Source: Xanthomonas campestris pv. campestris str. ATCC 33913
GTDB taxonomy: Bacteria; Pseudomonadota; Gammaproteobacteria; Xanthomonadales; Xanthomonadaceae
Direction: 5' to 3'
DNA: 32,000 bases
NCBI RefSeq assembly: GCF_000007145.1
Contig: NC_003902.1
Coordinates: 2,396,497-2,428,496, forward strand
Every line of letters begins with the position of its first letter. Within the stretch, counting starts at the first letter, position 1. The position numbers and the translations under genes were made by a program. Positions 9,065-16,715 of the stretch are shown in pieces. Below the pieces are notes generated by a model, which ran no database searches, had not been told where the DNA came from, and saw nothing but the letters and a program-made list of their open reading frames with translations.

Positions 9065-9529
9065 GTGTCCACGCCACTTCCCCCTTTGCGCCGATTGATG
9101 CAGCACCTGGCCTGCCTGGCCGTGGTGTTGTTGGTGTGCGCGCCGTTGGTGAGCCGAACACTCAATGGCGCACAGCGTTTTCTGGATGCGCCGCTGTGCC
9201 AGAGCCAACCCGATCAGGCTGGCAATGCCACGCGCTCGGTGCTGTTGCTTGCCAAGATCGCTGGCGGTGAAAGTCCGGCGAGCATCAACAGTGCAGCACC
9301 GGATGCCTGGCCGGGCAGCATGCACCACGAAGATCATGGAGCAGCGCATGGAGCATTGGCCTGCGATTACTGCGTGCTCTCGGCAAGGCTATTGCCGTGG
9401 TTGTTGGTCGTCTTGCTGGTGTTCCCGTTACTGCGCGCGGCCGTTCCCGGCGAAGGAACCGTAGCGCCTGGGTCCTTGAAGGCGCGATGGCGCGCGCATA
9501 CGCCACGTGGGCCACCGCTGCAGGCCTGA
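9065..9529 (+). CDS. DUF2946-like small Cys/His-rich envelope protein (copper-associated family)
   Basis: GTG at 9065, or ATG at 9098 (MQHLACLAVVLLVCAPLVSR). Hydrophobic N-terminus, His-rich stretch SMHHEDHGAAHGALACDYC, then a second hydrophobic segment. Sits upstream of the SCO and PCuAC genes. Confidence 0.6.
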   Translation: MSTPLPPLRRLMQHLACLAVVLLVCAPLVSRTLNGAQRFLDAPLCQSQPDQAGNATRSVLLLAKIAGGESPASINSAAPDAWPGSMHHEDHGAAHGALACDYCVLSARLLPWLLVVLLVFPLLRAAVPGEGTVAPGSLKARWRAHTPRGPPLQA

Positions 9530-9917
9530 ATACGCTGAGTGAGTGTGTCAGCGCTGGGCGTTGCCCACGGCTGGCTGCGTTTTACGTGCTTTGGAGCGTT
9601 TCGTATGTCGTATTTTTCTCTGCCGCCACCTGCGGCGGCAACGCCCTGCGTTGTCTTGGTGACCTTGCTCCCAACCTTGGCGCTGGTCACCGAGGCAGAT
9701 ATCAGGCGTGTGTCCCAGCGCAGCGCCAACCCGCGCCAGTCACCGAGCGCGCGCGCCAACCAACCGCGGTGCCCAGGCAAAGCATGCGAATCCGACAACG
9801 CGATCGAACCGGATGCCGCCTAGGGCGTCGCATTCGGCAACCTATCCACGCGCTCACCCTCAGGGTCAGCGTACGCAGGGCGGCGATGCCGTCTGCAGAC
9901 AACGAAAGGAGTTACAC

Positions 9918-10529
9918 ATGCGGGGTGTTGTAAGCCAGCTGAAACGGCTGGGAATACGGGGCATCGTGCTGGGCATGGCGTGTGCCATCGCTGGGTGCGG
10001 ACAATGGGCGAGCTCGTTCTCACCCACCGGCACGGACCTCAGCAGCATGGGGCGGGGCGTGGACTTCTATCTGAAAGATACCGAAGGCACTCCACGGCCA
10101 TTGCGCAGCTTTCGCGGCAAGGTGTTGGTGCTGTTCTTCGGCTTCACCAATTGCCCGGATGTCTGCCCGACTACCCTGGCGCGTGCCGCGCAAGTGAAAC
10201 GCGCGTTGGGCGCAGATGCGGCGCAGGTGCAATTCGCCTTTGCCACGCTGGATCCGCAACGCGATGTTCCCAACGTGCTGCGCACCTACGTCAAAGCCTT
10301 CGATCCTGACTTCATCGGCCTCACCGGCAGCGAAGGGGAGATTCGGGTGGCGGCAGATAATCTGAAAGTGGTGTATGCCAAGGTGCCGATGGGCAAGACC
10401 TATACCATCGACCATTCCACCCGCAGTTTTGTGTTCGATCGCGAAGGCAAATTATGCGTTGGCCTCACCCATGAGCAGACGGTTGAAACCGTTGCCGCCG
10501 ATATTCGCCAGGTGCTGGCACTGCAGTAA
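9918..10529 (+). CDS. SCO1/SenC family copper-binding thioredoxin-like lipoprotein
   Basis: ATG at 9918 preceded by AAGGAG (9906-9911). Lipobox CAIAGCG, CxxxC copper motif FGFTNCPDVCPTT, and the conserved His in TIDHSTRSFVFD. Confidence 0.9.
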   Translation: MRGVVSQLKRLGIRGIVLGMACAIAGCGQWASSFSPTGTDLSSMGRGVDFYLKDTEGTPRPLRSFRGKVLVLFFGFTNCPDVCPTTLARAAQVKRALGADAAQVQFAFATLDPQRDVPNVLRTYVKAFDPDFIGLTGSEGEIRVAADNLKVVYAKVPMGKTYTIDHSTRSFVFDREGKLCVGLTHEQTVETVAADIRQVLALQ

Positions 10530-10619
10530 GTGGCGCCATCGTGCGACACCGCTCCATCCCATCCCGTGCCGGCACACACGCCGCCACGCATCGCCACACG
10601 ACGTAGACGGAGAACACCG

Positions 10620-11198
10620 ATGAGCACACGTTTATTACTGCTGGTTGCGATCAGTGCATTGACGCTGGCCGCCTGCAAGGGCACGCAAGCACCGGATGCT
10701 GCACAGTCGCCGGCAACCCCAGCTGCCACCGCCGATGCGCCGGCACCTGCGTCAGCCCCGGCAACGGCCCCCACCTCCGCCGCTGCATCGGTGGTGGCAG
10801 AAAACGCCTGGTCGCGCGCAACGCCGCCTGGCGCGCCGGTGGCTGGCGGCTACGTCACCTTGCGCAATCAATCCAGCACGCCGGACCGGCTGGTCGCGGT
10901 GGAGTCGCCGGCCAGCGCGCAAGTGGAGTTGCATGACATGCGCATGGACGGTGGCGTCATGAAGATGCGGCGCCTCGATGACGGGCTGGCGCTGCCACCG
11001 GGCGAAACGGTCGTGCTCGGGCCAGGTGGCACCCACCTGATGTTCATCGGGCCGCATGCGCCGTTCGAAGTCGGCAAGCCGGTCATGGCGACCCTCGTCT
11101 TTGAACATGCGCCACGGGTGGAACTGCAGTTCGATGTGCGTGCAATGGGCGCTGCGGCGCCGGACGACGATCACCACCATGCCGGACACATGCAGTGA
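10620..11198 (+). CDS. PCu(A)C periplasmic copper chaperone lipoprotein
   Basis: Internal ATG at 10620 gives MSTRLLLLVAISALTLAACKG, followed by an Ala/Pro-rich linker. PCuAC motif VELHDMRMDGGVMKMR ... GGTHLMFIG. His-rich C-terminal tail DDDHHHAGHMQ. Confidence 0.85.
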   Translation: MSTRLLLLVAISALTLAACKGTQAPDAAQSPATPAATADAPAPASAPATAPTSAAASVVAENAWSRATPPGAPVAGGYVTLRNQSSTPDRLVAVESPASAQVELHDMRMDGGVMKMRRLDDGLALPPGETVVLGPGGTHLMFIGPHAPFEVGKPVMATLVFEHAPRVELQFDVRAMGAAAPDDDHHHAGHMQ

Positions 11199-11250
11199 TG
11201 CCGGGCTGCTGCGTGTGCCGCGGCGCGATCGGCAGCACCGGCCGGCAGTG

Positions 11251-12459
11251 CTAGCCGGAGCCCGCGCGGGCTGTGCGCCACAGCGGCCACAGCCCGACCA
11301 GGCCCAGCAATGGGCCTGGCAGCAGCACCCAGGCAATCCGCAGGCCAAGCGTCTCCACCAGCTGAGTGGTAAGCCCGATGGCGACCACGGTGATCGCAAA
11401 GCCGATCGCGTTCTGCATGGAGAGGGCGCTGCCCACCAGCCCCGGCGGGCAGGCGCGCGCGGCCAGTGCGGAGAACTGCGGCGAATCGGCCACAACGCTG
11501 GCGCCCCAGAGCAGCATCAATGCGACAGTGGCTGGAGCGGACCATGCGCCAACCAACGGAAATGCCGCACAGCACAGCGCCGAGAGCAGCAACGCAACCG
11601 CGGCAACACGCGCACTGCCGAGCCGGCTGCTGAGCTGCCCGCCCGCCACGCAGCCGACTGCACCGGCGGCAATGACGCAGAACGCCAGTGCCGCCGGGTG
11701 CATCCCGAGCGCCTGTGCCAGCCCCGCCTGCGCGATCAGCAACGGCGTCAGCGTCCACATCGCATACAGCTCCCACATGTGGCCGAAGTACCCCAGCGTG
11801 GCCGCGCGGAAATCCTTGACCGCAAACGCCTGCCAGACCGCACCCACCGCCAGCCTGGTTGGCGCACCGACTGCGCGCTGCGCGCCGGGCCCCAGCCGCA
11901 GGATCATGCATGCGGCAATGCAGGCCAGGCCGGAGGCGACCAGGATCGGCATCTGCCAGGGCAGCGCGGCGCCCAGTGCCTTGATGCCTTGCGGCAGCGC
12001 GGTGCCCAGGGTCAGCATGCCGACCAGCCATGCCAGTGCCTTGCCAGCGTGCTGGGGCGCCCAGCGCACCACCAGCTTCATGCCGATGGGGTAGATGCCT
12101 GCAAGGCTGAGCCCCACCAGGAAGCGCCACACCAGGCCACTCGCCACCCCATCGGCGAACACGGCAAAGCCCAGGTTGCAGGCCGCGCCGGCGATCGCGC
12201 AGCTGGCAAAGATCCGGTGGGCCGCAAAGCGGTCGGCCAGCCCGCTCAACGCAAAGCTCAAGGTGCCGATAATGAAACCGAGCTGCGTGGCGATGGTGAG
12301 CACACCGATGCTGGCCGGGCCACTGGCCCATTGCCGCATCAGATCCTCGGCCGCGCTATTGACCGAAAACCACAGCGAGGTGCCCAGCAATTGCGCCAGG
12401 ATGATCACCACCAGTGCGTGCTTCGATCCTGCGGGATGGTCCTGGGTTGCGCGAATCAT
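11251..12459 (-). CDS. MFS transporter
   Basis: Track ORF 11251..12588 trimmed to the ATG at 12459 (MIRATQDHPAGSKHALVVIILAQLLGTSLWFS). About 12 hydrophobic segments. Divergent from an HxlR regulator. Confidence 0.85.
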   Translation of the reverse strand: MIRATQDHPAGSKHALVVIILAQLLGTSLWFSVNSAAEDLMRQWASGPASIGVLTIATQLGFIIGTLSFALSGLADRFAAHRIFASCAIAGAACNLGFAVFADGVASGLVWRFLVGLSLAGIYPIGMKLVVRWAPQHAGKALAWLVGMLTLGTALPQGIKALGAALPWQMPILVASGLACIAACMILRLGPGAQRAVGAPTRLAVGAVWQAFAVKDFRAATLGYFGHMWELYAMWTLTPLLIAQAGLAQALGMHPAALAFCVIAAGAVGCVAGGQLSSRLGSARVAAVALLLSALCCAAFPLVGAWSAPATVALMLLWGASVVADSPQFSALAARACPPGLVGSALSMQNAIGFAITVVAIGLTTQLVETLGLRIAWVLLPGPLLGLVGLWPLWRTARAGSG

Positions 12460-12701
12460 GCAAGGCCTCGTGCGTGGGCGCGTGCTGCAGGCTGTCAGTG
12501 CGGCCGGCGCGCTGCGCGTGGATGTCCGGAACAACACCACACCGCCAGCCGTGCAGGCACGCGGTGCAGCAACATCTACACCGTGCACCTGCTGCAGCCT
12601 GCGCGCAACGCAGGTGCTGCGAGCGGGCAGGGCACACCTGCTGCCGCTGCACGATGGGCGAGCGCCCTTGGTCCAGTCAACTGCACCGATGGACGGCGCA
12701 C

Positions 12702-13118
12702 ATGAGCACTGCGAAAGAACCCTGCTGCGGGGTTGCGCGGTTCCTGCTGTTGCTGGAGGGGCCGTGGGCGTCGTTGATCGTGCGCGAACTGCTCGCCGGG
12801 CCGCGCAGGTTCACTGAACTCAGGAGTGCCCTGCTCGGCATCAGCGCACACACGCTGACCCATCGCTTACGGCAATTCGAAACGGCCGGCCTGGTGGTCC
12901 GCACCGCTTACGCGGAGACGCCACCGCGCGTGGTCTACGCACTGACGCCGCGGGGCGAGGAGCTGCGTGCGGTGTTCGACGCCATGCGCGTCTGGGGCGA
13001 ATCGCTGCCACCGCCCGAGACTCTGGTAGAACCAACGCAGGCCGGCGTTGCGCTTACTCTGCGCGAGATCGCCGGCGGTTGCCCGCTGAGCAAAGGCTCC
13101 GACCCGGAGCAGGACTAA
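12702..13118 (+). CDS. HxlR-family winged-helix transcriptional regulator
   Basis: Internal ATG at 12702. MSTAKEPCCGVARFLLLLEGPWASLIVRELLAGPRRFTELRSALLGISAHTLTHRLRQFETAGLVVRTAYAETPPRVVYALTPRGEEL is the canonical HxlR pattern. Confidence 0.85.
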   Translation: MSTAKEPCCGVARFLLLLEGPWASLIVRELLAGPRRFTELRSALLGISAHTLTHRLRQFETAGLVVRTAYAETPPRVVYALTPRGEELRAVFDAMRVWGESLPPPETLVEPTQAGVALTLREIAGGCPLSKGSDPEQD

Positions 13119-13120
13119 GC

Positions 13121-13261
13121 GCAGCTATCAAAACGACTGCGCAGCCGCCAGGCGGGCGCGGCCGGTGCTCGGAATCGGCATGTACCCACGTACACTCCGG
13201 TTCCTCCGCGCCGTCCGCACCCGCCTGACGACTGCTCGCTACGTTTTGTTAGCCGCTCTAA
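13121..13261. repeat. 141-bp palindromic MITE/REP-like element, copy B (inverted relative to copy A)
   Basis: gcagctatcaaaacgactgcgcagccgccaggcgggcgcggccggtgctcggaatcggcatgtacccacgtacactccgg... is the reverse complement of 4497-4637 with about 4 mismatches. It starts 2 nt after the HxlR stop. Confidence 0.85.
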
Positions 13262-13363
13262 GCGCCGTGTGCGTGCCGCGCCCAGTCCCGGCCGACCGCA
13301 CGGCGCCATAACGCATTCAAGCTCGGGCGCAGGCCGATGCATTCGGCATTCCAAGTCAAGGCG

Positions 13364-13618
13364 TTATTGCGACGTATCGCGCCGCACACGCGTGCGATAC
13401 GCCGCCACATTGTCGCCATCGATCTGCTTGCGCTGTGTTCCGGTGATGGTGTCGATCCTGGTGTCCGAACACGTCACCGGTTCGGCATCAACCAGCGTCT
13501 CGCGCTCGAAGGCATGTGATTGCCCGGTGTTGCGGTAGTACTGATACAAGACCCAGTACAGCGTGCTTGCACCGATCGGCCCGGCCAGCAACACCAGCAG
13601 CCCTACATTGTCGCTCAT
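13364..13618 (-). CDS. 84-aa single-pass membrane protein, third gene of the SPFH operon
   Basis: The ATG at 13618 overlaps the upstream stop (ATGA across 13615-13618). MSDNVGLLVLLAGPIGASTLYWVLYQYY is one TM helix, followed by a polar ~55-aa tail. Confidence 0.6.
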   Translation of the reverse strand: MSDNVGLLVLLAGPIGASTLYWVLYQYYRNTGQSHAFERETLVDAEPVTCSDTRIDTITGTQRKQIDGDNVAAYRTRVRRDTSQ

Positions 13619-14952
13619 GCGATCACCGCCAAAAACCACAGTGCGGCCGCTTCGATCACGGTACCGGTGACCAGCGCGGCAAGCAGCAATTTCCATTGCT
13701 GCACCGGCACGCTGCCCATGGTTTCACCGGTGCGGCCATTCACTGCGATGTAGTGCAGCAGACCGCCGTTGCGGCCAGGCTGATGATAGGAATACAGCCA
13801 GACCGGCAGATACATCGACACCCAGCGTGTACCGTGCACTTCGAGCTGTTCCCGCTCCCAGCGCACACCGCGGTCGTAGCGGCTGACCGAGCGTTCCACC
13901 TGTGCGCGCGCGATCGACAGCAACTGGTCTTCCAGCCGTGGCCGTAGCTGCTCGATATTGCTGTCGCGCCGCTCCGAACTGAAGCCTGACAGATACGACG
14001 CGTTCCACTGCACCGCATTCTTGGTGTCGAACGGCAGGATGGTGTTGATGATGTTGTTGGTCGTGACCCGGCTATCGAGATTGCCACGCTCGGAAGACGA
14101 TTCCAGTGGCAGATCGTCCACGGTGAATTGCACCTGCCGTTTCACCGCATAGATGTCGGCGTCGTAATAGGTCTTCTTGTTCTTCTCGGTGCCCTGGGTG
14201 TACGTGCGCGTGGTGATTTCGCCCACGCCGGTCACGCTGGCGCTCACGTTGCCATCGACGATCATGTAAGGCAGATAGACGCCCACCACGTTCTCCGGGG
14301 TGAACTGCTGCTTGAAAGCCTTCAGCGCAAACAGGCGGCGCTTGCCGACGAACTGGCGGATACGCGCCACCGCGTCCTGCTTGTCGATATGAAAGGGCAG
14401 CACGGCATCGGGCACCGCGCCATTGGCCACCTGTTCGTTGACGCCGAACACGTGTCGGCACCAGTGGCATCGCGCGGTCATCGCGCTATCGGTATTGATG
14501 GTGACTTCCGCGCCGCAGCCGCTGCATTTGAAGCTCATCAGGCTATTGGCATCGGCCTGGATGTTGCGCGCACCCGAGGCGATGACCGTCCCGCGCAACT
14601 CGGCCAGGCCGGCGCCGAATCCATACGCTTCCTCGACCCGCGCGCCATCCCAGGTGTGGCGGCAGTACTGGCACACCAGCAGGTCAGTGCCGAGCTTGGG
14701 GCGGATATCGGTGGCGCCACATTTGGGACACCGGTTGAGGCCATCTTTTAATTCGGCCGCGGCGGTGTCGATGGCGAGCGGGTCGGGCATCTGCAGTTCG
14801 GCGCGGATCGGCGCGGGCAGGGTGGCCGGGTCGATGGCCATCTGTCCCGGTAACGGCGGCACGCCCTGCGGCGACCCTGGGCCGTGCGCTGCAGGCGGTA
14901 GCGGCGGTGGCTGCAACGGTGGCAGCGGCGGCGGAATGCTGGAGCTGGACAT
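13615..14952 (-). CDS. Pro-rich, double zinc-ribbon protein with C-terminal TM anchor (YdjG-like partner of SPFH protein)
   Basis: 445-aa ORF with an ATG start. N-terminus SSSSIPPPLPPLQPPPLPP. Ribbon 1 is CPKCGATD..(14)..CQYCRHTW and ribbon 2 is CSGCGAEV..(13)..CHWCRHVF. The C-terminus WKLLLAALVTGTVIEAAALWFLAVIA is a TM helix. Confidence 0.8.
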   Translation of the reverse strand: MSSSSIPPPLPPLQPPPLPPAAHGPGSPQGVPPLPGQMAIDPATLPAPIRAELQMPDPLAIDTAAAELKDGLNRCPKCGATDIRPKLGTDLLVCQYCRHTWDGARVEEAYGFGAGLAELRGTVIASGARNIQADANSLMSFKCSGCGAEVTINTDSAMTARCHWCRHVFGVNEQVANGAVPDAVLPFHIDKQDAVARIRQFVGKRRLFALKAFKQQFTPENVVGVYLPYMIVDGNVSASVTGVGEITTRTYTQGTEKNKKTYYDADIYAVKRQVQFTVDDLPLESSSERGNLDSRVTTNNIINTILPFDTKNAVQWNASYLSGFSSERRDSNIEQLRPRLEDQLLSIARAQVERSVSRYDRGVRWEREQLEVHGTRWVSMYLPVWLYSYHQPGRNGGLLHYIAVNGRTGETMGSVPVQQWKLLLAALVTGTVIEAAALWFLAVIA

Positions 14953-14967
14953 GGGCGGGCCTGCGAC

Positions 14968-16110
14968 TTACAAGCCCAGCGCCTTGGCCTTGGCGGCGTC
15001 GTAATCACTCTGTGTAATCAGCCCGAGGTCCAGCATTTCCTTGGCCTTCTTCAACGTCGCCACCGGGTCTTGCGCTGCGGGTGCGGCGGGCTGCTGCAGA
15101 TTGCCCAAACCGCCCAGCATGCCGGTCGCCATGCCAACGCCAACCAGTCCGGCCGCGCCGCCGTGTTCGCCGGCCGATTGCAGGCCCTGCGCGGCACTCG
15201 CCTGCAGATTGGCATTGCCGCGCGCGCCGCTCAACGCATCGGCACGCTGCACGGTCTTGAGCAGTTCGCGCGTGTTGGCGTCGTATTCGATCGACACAAT
15301 CGCCGTCTTGACGATGGCCAGGCCGCGATCGGACTGCCATTGATACGCCTCTTCCACCGCAGCGGAGAGGCTCTTGGCAAAGCCGAGTGCATCCTGCTGC
15401 AGCCGGGTGATGCGATTGCCCTTGGCGGTGTCGTTGGTGTACAGGCTGAAGGCCGGCGCAAGCGCGCTCACCACTTCGTTGAACAACTGGCCGGCGGCCG
15501 CATTGTCCAGGTCGGTGAAGTCGAACACCTGTCCGGGCTGCAAATAGCTGGCCGGCACGAAGTTCTTCACGAACAGGATCGGGTCGACGATCTTCAGCGT
15601 GTATGAGCCGCGCGTCACCGCGCCGACCTGCGTGCCCAGGAAGCCGTCGTCCCAGTAGATTTCCGATTGCGTGCCGAAGCGGTTGTCGGGCAGCTCCTTC
15701 AGCGCCACAAAGAAGGCGGCCTGCTGCGTCCCAGGCTGGCCACCGAACTTGAAGCGCTCCCAGCTCTGCCGGATCAACGGCGACACCAGGCCGTCGCCGG
15801 CAAACAGCGATTGCGCGTTGACATCGTCCGAGCGCCACTCGTAACCGCCGGCTTCGGCGACAAACGCGGTGACGGCGCCGTCTTGCATCAGCAGCAGCCC
15901 ATAGCCCTCCGGGACCACGATCCTGGAGCCATTGCTGATGACGTTGGAAGATGCGCCGGTATTGGCGCCGCGTCCGGCATTACTGCCGCGCGGCACCGCG
16001 GCAAACACGGCAGCCGTTGCAGGCAGGCCCGCCGGCACGGTGTAGAAATCTTTCCACTGGTCGGCAAGAACGCCACCCACTGCACCTGCAACCGCCTGCA
16101 CAAGACCCAT
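14968..16110 (-). CDS. SPFH/Band-7 (YdjI / 'virion core protein' type) protein with C-terminal SHOCT-like domain
   Basis: 380-aa ORF with an ATG at 16110 and AGGGAG 5 nt upstream. N-terminus MGLVQAVAGAVGGVLADQWKDFYTVP is typical of the Band_7_1 family. Gly/Ala-rich linker, then ATLKKAKEMLDLGLITQSDYDAAKAKALGL (SHOCT pattern). No TM helix. Confidence 0.85.
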   Translation of the reverse strand: MGLVQAVAGAVGGVLADQWKDFYTVPAGLPATAAVFAAVPRGSNAGRGANTGASSNVISNGSRIVVPEGYGLLLMQDGAVTAFVAEAGGYEWRSDDVNAQSLFAGDGLVSPLIRQSWERFKFGGQPGTQQAAFFVALKELPDNRFGTQSEIYWDDGFLGTQVGAVTRGSYTLKIVDPILFVKNFVPASYLQPGQVFDFTDLDNAAAGQLFNEVVSALAPAFSLYTNDTAKGNRITRLQQDALGFAKSLSAAVEEAYQWQSDRGLAIVKTAIVSIEYDANTRELLKTVQRADALSGARGNANLQASAAQGLQSAGEHGGAAGLVGVGMATGMLGGLGNLQQPAAPAAQDPVATLKKAKEMLDLGLITQSDYDAAKAKALGL

Positions 16111-16238
16111 GACAACTCCCTGTAATGCGCGGCAGGCACGGCGCCCCGCGTGATCGCGGCACTATATCAGCAGCGGGCCGGGCGCCCGGCCGATCAGGCG
16201 GCGATGCAGCGGTCGTGACATTGCGCGAGCGCCAAACG

Positions 16239-16260
16239 AAAAAACCCCGCCGTAGCGGGG
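16239..16260 (-). terminator. Rho-independent terminator of the small secreted-protein gene
   Basis: The minus strand reads ccccgc-tacg-gcgggg followed by TTTTTT (plus-strand A6 at 16239-16244). It lies 49 nt after the stop at 16309 and insulates the SPFH operon from upstream transcription. Confidence 0.75.
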
Positions 16261-16308
16261 CTTTCATTGGCAGTGCCTGGCTTGCGCCGGCAGGTCAGCG
16301 CAACATGC

Positions 16309-16584
16309 TCAGGGCACGTCGCATTTGAGTTTTCCATCCACGTAATACGGCTTTGGAACGTCAGGGTTGGTGCTGGTCTTTTCGAAGACCACCTCGAACG
16401 ACGCCATGTCTGGCGTGCCTTTGCGTCCCTTGCATGCGTCCTGCAGTTTTTGCTTTACCGCACTAATACCGGCGTCGCGATTGGCGCCGTCAGCGCTGTT
16501 GGTCAGGTTCACAACCTCGGCCGATGCGTGCGCGCTCAGGCCCAGCATTGCCCCAGCCAATACCAGCATGTGCAGCTTGTTCAT
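16309..16584 (-). CDS. 91-aa secreted protein with two cysteines (unknown function)
   Basis: Internal ATG at 16584 with GGAG upstream (reverse complement gcatcaggagacgtc). Signal peptide MNKLHMLVLAGAMLGLSAHASA. The mature part has Cys51 and Cys88. A strong terminator follows. Confidence 0.65.
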   Translation of the reverse strand: MNKLHMLVLAGAMLGLSAHASAEVVNLTNSADGANRDAGISAVKQKLQDACKGRKGTPDMASFEVVFEKTSTNPDVPKPYYVDGKLKCDVP

Positions 16585-16715
16585 GACGTCTCCTGATGCA
16601 GTGTCCGTGAATGCGTTGCACTGCTTGTCCAACGCCGCGCCAGCATAAGGCGGCAGGGTGAAGGCGTTGTGCGGATGGGCCGGCTCGGCGGTTACGCGCG
16701 CACAGGCAATACGCG

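Noticed and set aside
9539-9823. 94-aa ORF in the spacer between the DUF2946 and SCO genes
   Set aside because: Weak third-position GC bias, no RBS and no motif, and the region looks regulatory. I kept it only as a caveat in the copper-cluster finding.
11056-12705. 549-aa plus-strand ORF, plus 386-aa and 242-aa ORFs overlapping the MFS transporter locus
   Set aside because: These are antisense or alternative frames of a clear 12-TM MFS gene. Their products are Arg/Gln/Pro-rich low-complexity sequence.
16161-16166. TATAGT (minus strand) as the -10 element of the SPFH operon promoter
   Set aside because: No acceptable -35 hexamer sits at 16-18 bp spacing, so I did not call a promoter from sequence alone.
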